Shown: positions 26,547-39,880 of the stretch, in pieces | Layout of the letters: the number at the start of each line of letters is the position of its first letter | Numbering within the stretch: position 1 is the stretch's first letter | Origin: Ranitomeya imitator | Taxonomy: Eukaryota | DNA length: 64,000 nt | Reading direction: 5' to 3' | Assembly (NCBI RefSeq): GCF_032444005.1 | Contig: NC_091291.1 | Location: forward strand, 109,430,001 to 109,494,000 | Notes under the pieces: generated by a model | The model's input: only the letters and a program-made list of their open reading frames with translations | What the model was told of the DNA's origin: nothing | Databases searched by the model: none | Translations under genes and position numbers: made by a program

Positions 26547-27663
26547 GGGATTTGAAAGCGAATTTGAGCGATGTTGGTGCCACCCCAAGAACATCATTCA
26601 AATTGCGTGGGCAGCGACAACTGTGACTGAATGACATGAAGCACACCCCTACGACTAAATGAGCAGGCATGATATAACTATATAACGTGCATTTTTCACA
26701 TGATTAGACCACTGCTTTTAATGAAAAAAAATGTGTTAGTGATGCACATTGCATCACCAACAATGCACAGGGGACAGTTTACATGCTAAAATGGACATGA
26801 CTGGTTCCCTTTAAGAACAGAGAGGATCTTTAATAGGATATAGACTGGCAATAAGTGCCACAATGAATATTACTGAATTGCCAGCGTGTGTTTAGTTATT
26901 CCAGTCCAGAAATGCTAGTGGTCACTACAGGTTATCCATTAATGTGGACTATGTCCTCATACGTCCAGAGCTTTCTTATCATCTCATCCTAAGCTTGAAG
27001 GTATATGCTGGAGAAAAAAAACAAAAAAAAAAAAGACAAAGCGCTACTGGGGTAATAATGCTTAAAAACAAAAACCCCACGAAAGATGGGCGGGTAGGAG
27101 CGCTCACCTGGGGAGGTTATGCTATGGCATCACTGATTTTAGGGCTTTTTCTCCAGCCTATGTGGGGTGCTGCAGGCGCTGGAGAGCCTGTCGGTACGAG
27201 GTATAGGGTATAGGTTTTCTGTTTAGTGTCGGTCATTCCTTATAGTCACGGGCACAGGTTTCTGTCAGGGCTCGTGCATACAGCTCAATATATCTGACGT
27301 CTGCTCTTCGTGGTATTCACAGATGACACTCGTACCCATGATATTCTGTGGAGCTTCGCACATGTCCATTTTTTTGTGCTTGGACCGAGGAAAAATTGGA
27401 GACGTCCGATTCTGATCCAAGTGTCAGATTAAAATTGGCAATGCCAGTCTATGGGATGTGAAAAGCATGGGACCGCGCTCGGATGACATCTGAGTGCAGT
27501 CCAATTTTCACAGACTGACAGAATGGAGAAGGTGGAGAAAGTTTTTTTTCTCCACCTCATTAAAAAACTGATGACACTCTGATCAAAACCCGAAAAAACT
27601 TGGCACTCTAGATGAATAACTATTATATGCAAAAGGTTTATTGATGTGCATCCATAAAGGCAA

Positions 27664-27703
27664 GTCGAACGTTTTCGGTCCACATGCGAACCTTCATCAG
27701 AAC
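27664..27703 (-). ncRNA. Minimal type-I hammerhead ribozyme motif
   Basis: The minus strand reads GTT-CTGATGA-A-GGTTCG-CATG-TGGACC-GAA-AACGTT-C-GAC. It has an intact core, a 6-bp stem II, a palindromic stem III, a UUC triplet and AATAAA ~25 nt downstream. Confidence 0.7.
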
Positions 27704-28748
27704 AAATATACTGGATGCAGCAAGACGTCCTGACCACGTAGGCGCACGTGTGATGCGACCGGAGTCGCTGGGTAAATGAGCGCCGATTTAGTTACAGCAG
27801 GGATTTTGCTCATTTTGTTTCGTGTAGGTTTTGTATGTTTTATGGCCAATGTGAACATGCGTTTATGTGCTGAATGTATACCAAGTCAAACCAAGCTCAA
27901 TTTTTTTTTTTGCATTCTGTGTAATCCTGAGTGTGGGCTCCCTCTCCTGAGCTGGTGTCTACTGGTTGGGACCCAGTCCTTTTGTCTGCCCTTATTCACA
28001 CTGAGGTCAACTCTGACACATGGTAAGGTTTTTAATATTTGCCAGCGTAGGACCGTCCCGATCAGAGTTAACTTGCTGTGGGATGGCTTTTATGCTATTT
28101 TTGATCAAACACAGTATTACTAAGAACCTTGTGTTATTTAAATGCACTTTTGCTTTTTACTTATTTAGTTACAGCAGGGTTTTTGCTCATTTTGTTTCTT
28201 GTAGGTTTTGTGTATTTTGTGGCCACTGTGAACATGCGTTTATGTGCTGCGTGTATACCAACTCAAACCAAGCTCAATTTATGTGGTTTTTTTTCTGTGT
28301 AAGTGTATTTGCACAATTTCATTATTTGCAGCAGAAAAATCTGAAAATCCTGATGTACTTGCAGGAAAAACACAGCATAAAATTCATGCATTTTTTTTTT
28401 ACTCCTTTTTGATGCATCCATTAATATGTGTGAAATCTGCTGCAAAAACGCTGAAAGAATTGACACGCTCCAGATCGACATCACAAATGACCAATGTGTG
28501 CACGAGACTTCAGGAATCTCATTCGCTTCGCTGTTTGTAGCAAATCATTCAGGTTTTGTGACAAATCTGCAAATCTTGTAAGGAGGCTCCAATGGGCACG
28601 TGAAATTCCACCGTGCGCACAGCTCCTCCGTCCCCTCCAGGCCGCTGCCACTCCCTCACCTGCTGCAGAAGGAACAGAAGAGCAGGAAATCGACAAGTGT
28701 CAACTCAAAGTCAGTTGTGCCTGCGCTGAGCACCCGGCAGCAGCAGCC

Positions 28749-28925
28749 ATGGGCCTCGCTCTGGCATTGGTGGCCATCACTGCCGGCATTTTCATTGCGC
28801 TATTCTTTTTATTGGTGGCCGGCATCATTTATTTTGAATTTGCCAATTCGGACATCCCACCAGGAGTTGCCAGTCCTGCCAAGCTTAGGATCATTCACTG
28901 CATCATGATTGGCATTGCGGTGGTG
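28749..28925 (+). CDS. AADACL4-like: AADAC-family esterase paralog C, exon 1
   Basis: The start has a strong Kozak context (GCAGCCATGG) followed by a hydrophobic anchor MGLALALVAITAGIFIALFFLLVAGII. The donor is GTG|GTGAGT and the exon is 177 nt. Confidence 0.88.
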
Positions 28926-30268
28926 GTGAGTACCCAATATACATAATATATATAGAAAATATCGGAGGTGGAACTACAATTGTCAGCTTGACATCTGCCT
29001 GGACGGACGTATGGCCTAGTGCGCGGTTAGCGTTTGTGACATCTCTCGTCATACAGGAGCTCTCGGCGCAATATTGTTTTCCATACACAATTGCTCAGAG
29101 ATTTCTATCCTAAAACTTCCCTAGCTTCATTATTCTGACTCTTTGCTTTTACACAGTCCTATACGTATTTAAAAGGGTTGTCCACAACTTTTATATTATA
29201 CCTTATCGGTGAGGGTCCGATGCCTGGCACCACCTTCAGCAGCTGCCGGATGTGCGCGGAGCGGAGCTGCTGAGTTCCATATTGTTTAGTGACCGCCAGG
29301 TTCTAAACATCAGCTCCTGATCTGCCAGGGCTGATAGCAGCTGATTTATGGGGGGAGCCTGGTATGGGACCCCCTCCGATCAGATATTGATAACCTGTTC
29401 TAAGGATTGGTCATCATTATTAAAATAAAGAAAAAACCAGAAGGCGCTGCTTTATCATTTGAGATTAATTGCGGCAAATATAAGGACGAAACCACTCCTC
29501 TTCGTCCAAAATAATAATATATTTTTACTTTCCCCTTTATCATTATTAAAATACCCTTTTCAGTTTACTGAAACTACTCGGGATCTGTTATCACAGTTTT
29601 TTTTTCTTCAACGTGTATTTTTAAGCCAATTTGCTTCAAAATCCACTTCAAATAATCAAATACATTGATTTCAATGTGAATTTCACATTTCTGTTCCTAT
29701 TGCAAGAGTTTGGTTTTTTTTCAACCAAGTTTTAAAAATCTCGCTGCTGGTAAAAAAAAAATTGACGTGTCACGTATTTAATGGGGATTCCTTCACAGTA
29801 CCAACAAGTCAGGAACAAAAAAGTATCAAAAACCTCTTCAAATCTGCTTCAAAATCATGCTCATGTTCGAAAAGGTTACAAAAAACTGTGTCGAATAAGA
29901 AAAAAAAAAGTGTCAAAAAGCAAGTGGATTTCTCGTGAAAACCACATCAGACCTGTCAGGGTTTTTTTGCTTTTAAGCTCTATAGTTGGAGTGGATCTGC
30001 TCTAAAACAAAAATCACTAAAAATGCTGTAAATTGTTGTTTTTTTTATGGCAACTATATCACTAAAAGTTAAACTACAGGTATGAGTTTAAGGCACTGGC
30101 GGACGTAGGCGGAAGAGGCCCCTGTGCAAAAACGATATAAGGGTCCTTTGCCATCCAATATCTCATCATAATGCACGATGCCATATGTTTTAGAGATGGT
30201 AGTGGCCCCCTTACCTGCTGGGCCCCCGTGCACAAGTTGCACCAATGATATCTCGGCCCCTGGTTTAA

Positions 30269-30715
30269 GGGCTCGCTCACACTGGCGGGTAGCATCCAAT
30301 GATTCACTCATGCGAGAGAATCGGATGCTATATGCAAATGACCCTCAGCTCAAACTCTGCTACGAGTGTGATCCGAGCGTCATTTGTACTCTGATCCGAG
30401 TCTCTTGCATGTAAGATCCCAGGTGCGGAGAAGATGGACAACTTAATTTCTCCATCTTCCCCATTCTGTGTGTCGGCATATATCAGACTGCACTCGGATA
30501 ACATCTGAGTGCAGTCCGATGTTTTGCATGCACCCATCAATTTGCATGGATGTGTACCGTCCGATATACTCTGCTAATCGCAGCATGCTGTGATTTTTTT
30601 TTTTATACTACGGACCTAGTTGGCACTTGTCCATAGTATAACACTGGAGCGAGTGTTATATTGGAGAGCACTTGTCTGAGTTATACTCTGGCTACTTGCC
30701 AGTGTGAGCGTGCCC
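30269..30715. mobile_element. PIF/Harbinger-like MITE
   Basis: The termini are TAA|GGGCTCGCTCACACTGGC...GCCAGTGTGAGCGTGCCC|TTA. Confidence 0.72.
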
Positions 30716-30999
30716 TTACTAGTGGCTAAGTCCCCTACATGCCTGTATAAGTGGATTAGATAGGAGTTTTGGGGTAACATACCCCCTTTTAATAGGAACT
30801 ATGCATTGCTTCTCTTTTCTCCTGCAGTGGAGCTAGTGGGCTTTACCCGATTTCTAGGAGTACCAGAACTGGGGCATCCTGTGATCATCATAGTATTGTT
30901 GAACACCTTTTAAAAATGTGGTTGTCCAAGGCAGATAATCTTAAATAGTATGAAACGTCCGGTTTTGGTCAATGAGTTTAGGCCTCCAATGATGAGACG

Positions 31000-31720
31000 T
31001 GTCTGCCACTTGCATCTCCTTCTCAGGTATCCCCAAAAGTGAAGCTAATGGGGTAATCCAGGCTAAAATCAATGGGTCCCACCATTGTTGGAGGCACTCT
31101 GTCTGTATTAATAGTCAAAAGGTCTTAGCACAAAAGCCCTTTATCAATAAAGGGCCAAGTTCCCTCCAGGGCCGCACAGTTAGGGACCCTTAATAATGAT
31201 ATGTTTGGACCTGTCCTTATTATTAGCGTCGTCTTTATATTATTTACACTTGTACCAGTTTAGATTCAGGTTTTACGACACCAAACTAGAAAAACCTGTA
31301 GTGATAAGAAGAGAGGGAGCTGGTTTCATGATGGCAGGTGATAATTATCAGCAACGATATGGCTTCAGTGGGTGCAGAGGTGGCATCTACTCTTGAGCCC
31401 TGGTGTCATCCCATCAATCCAGGAGAGTAGCTAGGGGCTAGCTTGGACCAAGGGTGTAGCGAAGGGGGTGGTAACCCCATGGTGCTGGATTTCGGAGCCA
31501 CATTTCACGGGCAGTATATTGAACCTTTTGCCCTGGGCGAAAAGTTCTTGCTTCAGTTCCGGCTTGAACTAATATATATTCTTGTGTCCTTCTGATCTTG
31601 GGTGCTGCGACTAGGACAGAAGTCAACACCAACAGGTTGTCTATTGGCATGATACTCGGGGACTGGACAGTTGCTGTTTTTTCTATGGTCACTCTTTCCG
31701 AAACTTTAACAAGTTCCAAA
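31000..31720 (-). mobile_element. Degenerate Gypsy-like internal fragment, partly repeated at 33765-34270
   Basis: The minus-strand ARTFRPGQKVQY resembles the Gypsy integrase C-terminus. About 430-500 bp are repeated in direct orientation at 33765-34270. Confidence 0.45.
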
Positions 31721-34700
31721 GATTCTAGATTATCACGTACCAGGGTGAAGGTCGAATGTAAATGCTAAATTTTCCCGTTGGTGTTTCCATTTTTATCTGC
31801 TGATACTGCTTAGTTACTATCAATGTGTAAAGCTAAAATATATAAGATAATACAAGTTTATCCATTAACACTATGTAATCACAGAAGAGTAAACTTCAAC
31901 CCTATGGTTATAGATCCGAGAAGATTAAACACGCACTATACATAAAACAGCCAAAACAAGCTACCCCAAACCACAAGACACGAAATGGTCAGGTCAATCA
32001 CAGGCGCCAATATTGTCTGTGAATTACTTTCATGTAAAAATGGTTGAAATAGTTAATTGCAGCAAAAAATCATCTTAGATTTCTGTCGTGGATTTACTGT
32101 AAAATCCATAGAGGATGCCTACATAGTGTGAAAATGGACGTAGGATGAATCAACTGCAAAAATGTTCAGAATTTGCTGCGGATTTTCCTTTTGTATCGCA
32201 ATATGCTAGCACTATATAAGTAATCGTAATAAATAAATTAAGGGTGATCTCTACCAGGGAATTAAGTGATGTCAAGAATATTCCACCACTGCCATGGATA
32301 ACAGCCGGAGGGGTGGCGCAGACACCATCACTTCCACTAGTTTGTCAAGGAGGACAGCGGGGGTTCACGCAGATCCCACTGCAGTCACCTTTTTGTCAAA
32401 GAGAAGGAACTCTGCTGCGGAAAGATGGAAGTGTCAGTTGTCTCTCTATAACTTTCTGTTTTAACTAGTTTCTCTCTTTCTCAGTTATAATTAGTTTCTC
32501 TCTTTCTCAGTTATAATTAGTTTCTCTCTTTCCCTGCCACAATTAATCCCTTATGTTCAATGTGAGGGTGAGATGTCTCCTCTACGGAGATGTCATATGG
32601 ATTTTAGTTTCTCTCTATAACAAGTGCTTATTTCACGTTATGTGTGTATGGGGCTTGAAAATCTCATCGATATGTATTTTTCAGGTTGCCTAAGAATTTA
32701 CAGACATAGTGGGCCTGATTCATTCAAGCTTGCATGCCAGAATTCTAGTGTAACAGCTTTGAAAAGTAATAAACGTATGGCAAAACTTGGAGTTGTCCCA
32801 AAAATTACCAACTTTTGGTATTTTCACACCAGTTTCTCCCAGCTACAACAAAATGGGTAAAGATGGGGTGCCACCACAAAACTTCATGACGAGGTGTGAA
32901 ATCTCACTCCAGTCCCTTAGGTTAACTTTGTACTAGTGGGGGAAGGGCTTCTGCTACAGCCAGTTGTCTCACAGCCAGAGCAGAGCTGATCGGAAACTTG
33001 GGGGAAGAGGACAAAGGTCACATTTAGTACCCCCAAGCCATAATGCACTTCTCTCGGCCTTGCTCATCTAGTAAAATGCTGAAAGATAACCCTCTTATCT
33101 TTCAGCCTACTATACCATAACAGATTCCGGAACTGAACTTTGCACATTGTACATATATAAACTGAAAAAAAAATGAAGGTAAACATCTCCCCTGTATGTT
33201 TTACATAAGGATCTTGATATGGATTCGTCTCTATTGTTACTTTTGCAAGAATGAAAGGTGGGGAAATCCATGGTAATCATCTGCGGTGAGGATTACTTAA
33301 TAGAACAATATAAATGAATGTGTCTTTAAAGGGAACCTGAAAGGTCGGATAACGCTACTAATCTGCAGATATAGGGTTAATCTGCGTATAAATAGTGTAA
33401 GGTGCCAAGCCACCTTACTGAAAACCCGGCTAATGGGAAAAATTAACTTTATTCCTCCCAAGAGCCGCCGGCTTTCATGCGTACAGGGATGCCATTGCAA
33501 GCACGCCCGACACTTTGAGTGACAGCTCGCAGTGGAGTGCCTCAGTCGGTTGTCAAAGTTCTAGGGGGTGTTTGCAGCAAGTCACGGGTTTTGGGCCGGC
33601 TATTGGTTTTCTTTAAACACCCCATTCACAAGTTTAAACAAAATTATGAAAGAAAATTAGAGCAATTTGTGGAATTTTACATTTGCTGCATTCTCATTCA
33701 CAGCAGATTTTACCTTTGTAATATAGTTGGGGGGCAATCCGCAACTAACTCCACCAGTAGGGACAGTTTCCATCTCCTTCTCAGGTATTCCCAAAAGTGA
33801 AGCTCATTGGGTAATCCTGGCTAAAATCAATGGGTTCCACCATCATTGGAGGCATTCCGTCCACATCAGTAGTCAAAAGGTCTTAGCACAATAGCCCTTT
33901 ATCAATAAAATTGTCCCATTGGATAGTTAAAGGGTCAAATAAATGAAGGTCTGCACAGTTAGGGACCTTCAATAATGACATGTTTGGACCTGCCCTTATT
34001 AGTGGCGTTGTCTATTAAATTATTTAAACTTGTACCAGTTTAGATTCAGGTTTTACGACAACAAACTTGAGAAACCTGTAGTGATAAGCAGAGAGGGAGC
34101 TGGTTTCATGATGGCAGGCGATAATTATCAGCAAAGATATGGCTCCAGTGGGTGCAGAGGTAGCATCTACTCTTGAGTCTTGGCATCATCCCATCAATCC
34201 AGGAGTGCAGCAGCTTGGACAAGGGGTGTAGCTAGGGGGGCGGCAACCCCATGGTGCTGGATATGGACCAGCCATGGTCTTCTAATTGGAATTCAGCAGA
34301 ATCATATGTGCCTGACAGTAGACTCGCGGCTGCTCGGAACATCGCAGTCGATATTCAGTCCTTGAATTTCGATTGTGTGGCCTAATTTATGAAGATCTTG
34401 TTGAAGATTTGTCATAAATTTGTGACCAAATCTGGACCCTAATAATCTACTTCAAACTAGACATGGCAGCTGAGAATGCACCATACCCGGGATGAAGTCC
34501 TGTGATAGATAACAAATTGTGGCTAATGAGTTTAGATATCCATCTCACGTCTACTAATTAGCTTACCTTGTTCCATGCCATGAAACACAAAGGGATCAAT
34601 TCATCAGAGCAATTTTGCCAGAATTCTGGCTTTGAAAAGTCACAAATTTTCTTGCAAAATTTTGGAGAATTTTGGCAGAGCTGGGGCAGGAAGTGGACGT

Positions 34701-35400
34701 GGTGGGGGAGTAATGTCTGTTAACGAATCAGGAGCGTCTGAATCCTACATTCCCCCGACTCAAGACCGCTAAGAAAATCACCGGTATTGATGATCGGGAC
34801 CATAAACTCATAATAAGTGTGGTGTGAGGCATTTACGTCAGTTTTTTTGGTGCAAATTAACCAGGTGGAGAATCCGCGGGGCACATCATGGCAGAAGAAT
34901 TCAGGAACATGAACGAGATAACCTAACCTGCCCTGTACTAGGCATGATTCAGGATATACATATGATATTCCTCAGGGTGATTCTGTAAAGTGTCCATCAT
35001 GGCTGATACACCAGTCACATCTAATACTATATTCCATGTTCCTTTGAATTTGCACAACTGATTTAGACAACGCGGCGCCATGTTTTGGTGGCCCATGCCG
35101 GCTAATTTGGACTCATGATTTGCATGTTCTAGTAAGAGCTCCAGTCTATTTTTTAGGATATGTGCATAGTTTTTTGAAGAGGTCAAAGAAACGCTCCTTC
35201 TTTAGGACGTTTTTTATTTTCCTGAAGCTGTTTTTAAGAGCTTTTGAAGGTTTTTTTTGCGGCCTTCTGATTGGGGCAGTGCCTAGTTTGGAGCATTTTC
35301 TATCAGGAGCTGCGTCACATAAGTGACACGCACTTTCTTTTTTTCCTACACTTGGAACAAGTTATAAATGACATGGAATTTTACGTTTTGAATTTAACAG

Positions 35401-35626
35401 GGGAAGATCGCGCAGAACATGTTCATATGCAGCCAGCTTGACTTCACCCGTTTCATCAGAGATAAACTTCTGGCCAGAAGATTAGGAGAAGACCCCAAAC
35501 TGCTTATTAAAAACCTGACGTTTGAAGGAATTCCGGTGAGAGTTTACCAGCCCAAGTCGCCATCTGCTGGAGGAAGAAAAGGCGTCCTGTTCTTTCATGG
35601 AGGAGGATGGATATTCGGGAGCATCG
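35401..35626 (+). CDS. AADACL4-like: Paralog C exon 2 (HGGG motif)
   Basis: The acceptor aacag ends at 35400. It encodes GIPVRVYQP...VLFFHGGGWIFGSI. The donor is G|GTAAG (phase 1). Confidence 0.9.
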
Positions 35627-35826
35627 GTAAGCAAGTTCATGATAGAAACATTTCACGTATTAAATTTGATGAAACACCAAGATCAGCCGAGAAGAAACAT
35701 GAGATTCCTAATATATGAGGATTAATATAACATTCTCTTAATCCAAAGCGCTGCAGAATACGTTGGCGATATATATAATCACGCCTAACATGATCCTTAT
35801 CCTCTCCACGTTTCCTTTTTGCCCAG

Positions 35827-35890
35827 ATTCCTATGATGTGTTATGTCGCTACATCTCAAAGGGAACAGAATCAGTGGTCGTCTCCGTTGG
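35827..35890 (+). CDS. AADACL4-like: Paralog C exon 3
   Basis: This is a 64-nt exon with acceptor cccag and donor GG|GTGAGT. It encodes (D)SYDVLCRYISKGTESVVVSV(G). Confidence 0.9.
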
Positions 35891-36428
35891 GTGAGTCGTT
35901 CATGATTACGAGATTTTCTTTAAATGACTTTTGACCGGTGAACTTTTTATCTTTATGTTCAACTTCATTCTATTATCAGTATGGAAAAAAGATAATATTC
36001 CTTGTCTCGGATCTCAAGGCCCTAGTCCAAGATTACAAAGTTCCCCTCGAAAACCGTACCATTGTTATTCATTGGCAGTGTCTGGTTTTGAAAAGCAGCC
36101 CAAGAGTTTGAAATAATAGCAAACCTTTCCTGTTATGTTATACAGCCCATCATATTAGAGCATATGATGCCCTATCAAAGCTTAAAGAGTAACTAAAATT
36201 TTTTTTATTTAATTATCCTCCAAAGTTATGAAGGTTTGTATTATACCTCATTACCTTATTTTGCTTCTTTCTCTCTCAAACACCAAGGTGCAGAGCTGTT
36301 TCAGTTCCCAATTTATGCTCCTTTAGAAGCTGCTTTTAACTGCTGCCTGACAAGATCAATACACTAGATTCAATAAGAAAAATAAAATCGGCTTACCAAC
36401 AAATGGGAAAATGTGATCTTTGGCTTTA

Positions 36429-36625
36429 GGCCACGTTCACAGGTTCAGTATGTGGTCAGTATATTTTACATCAGTATTTGTAAGCCAAAACCAGGAGTGG
36501 GTGATAAATACAGAAGTGGTGCATATGTTTCTATTATACTTTTCCTCTGATTGTTCCCCTCCTGGTTTTGGCTTATAAATACTGATGTAAAATACTGACC
36601 AAATACTAAACATCTGAGTGTGGCC
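36429..36625. mobile_element. Short PIF/Harbinger-like MITE
   Basis: The termini are TTA|GGCCACGTTCAC...GAGTGTGGCC|TTA. A truncated inverted copy lies at ~19120-19277. Confidence 0.7.
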
Positions 36626-36628
36626 TTA

Positions 36629-37068
36629 AGGTACCGTCACATTTAGCGACGCTGCAGCGATCTAGACAACGATCCCGATCGCTGCAGCGTCGTTGTGTGG
36701 TCGCTGGAGAGCTGTCACACAGACAGCTCTCCAGCGACCAACTATGCGAAGTCCCCTGGTAACCAGGGTAAACATTGGGTTACTAAGCGCAGGGCCGCGC
36801 TTAGTAACCCGGTGTTTACTCTGGTTACCAGCGTAAATGTAAAAAAAAACAAACACTACATACTTACATTCCGGTGTCTGTCCCCCGGCGCTGTGCTTCT
36901 CTGCACTGACTGTAAGCGCCGGCCGTGAAGCAGAGCATAGCGGTGACGTCACCGCTGTGCTCTGCTTTCCGGTCGGCGCTTACACAGTGCAGAGAAGCAC
37001 TGCGCCGGGGGACAGACACCGGAATGTAAGTATGTAGTGTTTTTTTTTTTTTTACATTTACGCTGGTA
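36629..37068. mobile_element. Truncated nested-palindrome MITE (2209/60162 family)
   Basis: The left end is TTA|AGGTACCGTCACATTTAGCG with the same internal hairpins. The right end is missing. Confidence 0.75.
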
Positions 37069-37074
37069 ATTCAG

Positions 37075-37766
37075 CATGCCACAAAATATAATGCAACCCC
37101 TCAGCTATAACGCAGTCCCCACCATAGAAAATAATGTAGCACCCTCATAGGGTATAATGCAGCCCCCCTCATAGTATAATGCAGCCCACCACAGAATATA
37201 AAGCAGTCCCCCATAGAGTATACTGTAGCCCCCTCATAGGGCAAAATGCTGCCCCCCTAATATAGTATGATGTAGCCCCCCAGAATATAATGTAGTCCCG
37301 AGAGAATAATGCAGCCCCACCACAGTATATAATGCAGCCCCCCATAGAGTATACTGTAGTCCCCTCATATAGTATGATGTAGCCCCCAGAATATAATGTA
37401 GTCCCCTGAGAATAATGCAGTCCCTCACAGAATATAATGTAGCCCCCTCATAAAGTATAATGCAGCCCCTCTCCACTCTCATCATTGTTCTTATCATTGC
37501 CTTCTCCCCCACCACCCCTATCATTCTCCCCCACCAACCCATCACTGCGTCCTCCCCACCACCATCATTGTCCATTTCATCACCTCCATCATTGCCTCAC
37601 CCCACCACCATCATTGCCCATCACTTCCATCATTGCCACCCCCCACCATCATTGCCCAGCAACTCCATCATTGTCTCCCCCACCGGCATCACTGCCCATC
37701 ACCTCCATCAGTGCCCATCACTTCCATCATTGCCCATCACCTGCATCATGGCCTCCCCCACGACCC

Positions 37767-37802
<36 letters not shown>
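37075..37802. repeat. Degenerate ATAATGCAGCCCC-type tandem repeat, then a CCATCATTGCCC-type repeat, then (CA)15 at 37773-37802
   Basis: The low-complexity periodicity is directly visible. Confidence 0.85.
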
Positions 37803-37803
<1 letters not shown>

Positions 37804-38491
37804 CACCGCATCACTCTCTCACACTCACACACAAAGCACGGTACCACATACACAGGCACACAGCACAACTCACCTCCCCACAGCAGCAGCTCATCCCAGC
37901 AGCCTCTTCCTCGCCGACACGGCAGCTTTCTGTCTGAGACAGGAAGCCGGTTGCCGGGATGTGCTGCGCTGTGTGTCTGTGTGCATTTGTGTGTATGTGG
38001 TGCGGTGCTTTGTGCATGTGTGTATGTGGTGTGGTGGTGGGGCTTTACATGCGGGCAGTGTTAGCTGCAGCCTGCTGCTAACGCTGCCCGCTATTAAAGA
38101 GAAATGGTATTCACGCCTCTCCACGCCCATAGGGGCGTGGGGAAGCGTGAATATTCACTTTGCTTTAGCAGCGGGGACAGGATCCTGTCTCCAGCTGCTG
38201 CTACGCTGGCACAGGGAGGGCCCCCTTGACTCAGGGGCCCCTGGAGCAGTGGGGGCCCTGGGTAGCTGCTGGGCAGTATGCCAGCAGGTGTCAGTGCCTG
38301 GGCCCACCGGAAAATCCTCTGCTTCTCTGGTGGGGCAGACCAAGCCTGGATATATTACAGATTCCTTAGTCTGCATTTTTTACTGTGGTTTACCTGGATA
38401 AACCTGGCTAATGAACAATCATCGATCAGTAAAGGGTAAATAATCTGCGGTTATTTAAAACTGCCGGTCAATTTATGTGAAGAGACCTTAA

Positions 38492-38957
38492 GGTCCTGAT
38501 TCATCATTTGTGTTCTTTTTAGAGTCACTTTCCTTCTTTAACTTGGGGTATTAGTTGCTGCTTTGGGCACACGCAACTCATGAATTTGACACAAAGTCAA
38601 AATAGGGCTTTCTTCCTGTCTTGAACTGTTTTTGCAGCCTTCTGCACACTTTAGCACCAAAAGTTTCAAAAATTACACCAAAAGTTTGGCATTTTCATGA
38701 ACAGACCAGAGGGAGGACTGGAGTGAAATTACACTAAATTTTGCGATTTGTTTTGAAAAATCGCAATTTCATGAATCAGGTTCAAAGCATCTGAAATTAC
38801 TAGACTCTGCAGAAAAAGAGGGAAAGAAAATTAAGCACAAACAAAACATGCTTAAAAAAGGCACAAATAGAATAATGATTTGGGTGCAAACAAGAAAAAA
38901 AAGGCACAAAGCTAGACAAAAAACGTAAGCGCGCAAAGGCAACGATGAATTGGGGCC
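38492..38957. mobile_element. PIF/Harbinger-like MITE
   Basis: The termini are TAA|GGTCCTGATTCATC...GATGAATTGGGGCC|TAA. Confidence 0.65.
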
Positions 38958-39249
38958 TAAGTCTCTCTGCTTCTGACCCCCATACTCAGACAGGGAAAGT
39001 ACCATACGCAGATTTTTTTAGTATAATGTACCAAACTTGTTGAGCAGCGGTTGAAAGGAGCTTCTAAAGGAGCATGAACTGGGTTTCAAACAGCACTGCA
39101 GCATAAAGTTTGCTAGAGAAGGATTCAAAATAAGAAAATGAAATATAACACAAAAATTCATAACTTTACAAAACCTGCTGGAAATTTAAATGATACAACA
39201 TTTTTTAGCTACTCTTTAGTACAGGTATAGGAAAAATCTCTACAAGTGC

Positions 39250-39653
39250 ACTTTAACATTGATGGCCTATCCTTAGAATAGGTCATAAATGTCTGATGGG
39301 AGGGTGTGCGACATCCGGCACCCCCGACAATCAGCTGTCCCTGGTTTGGATGACGGCCAGAACTGCTCAGTTACTGTGCACAGCACAGCTCCGTCGACTG
39401 TATGGTGGATGCTGCCAGGTACTGCACATCCCCCCCCTATTGATTTGGCTAGCAAACTGATGCACAGTACCCAGCTGTGGCCACTAGACAGTCAGCGGAG
39501 CTGTGCTGTGCAGCTCCGTAATAGAGCAATTCCAGAGGACGATGACACCGGGAACTGATCGACCATGGTGCCGAGTGTCGCACCCCCACCAATCAGACAT
39601 TGATGACATATCCTAAGGATAGGCCATCAATCTTAAAGTACTGAACAACCCAT
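39250..39653. mobile_element. TTAA-type palindromic MITE, left end degenerate
   Basis: It has inverted arms TTGATGGCCTATCCTTAG / CTAAGGATAGGCCATCAA, and the right end is AACAACCCAT|TTAA. Confidence 0.6.
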
Positions 39654-39880
39654 TTAAGGGACCTCTTAGAACCTTAAAAAATCTGCCTCCATAGCTGGAT
39701 GCTGACTTAGGCTCACACCCCTTGGACACTTTGTGTAAGAGACCTCTCAGTTGTCAATTCATCTATTAACATTTTAGTAACTGAAACTAACTGGACTGGT
39801 TTTTTGAAAACAAAGGAAAAATGAGAGGTGAAAAAATGTGTTGACATATAGGAATCTTATGTGTATGTTTGTTTGTTTAG

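Noticed and set aside
24417-26634. 712-, 384- and 373-aa ORFs
   Set aside because: They are open in all three plus frames only because the 28-bp unit lacks stop codons. There is no domain or splice support.
34920-35320. Possible Harbinger transposase fragment on the minus strand
   Set aside because: There is only faint motif resemblance (LQNHPEEYHMY). A profile search would be needed to support it.
37460-38401. 313-aa ORF
   Set aside because: It is built from low-complexity repeats and a (CA)n tract within paralog C intron 3.
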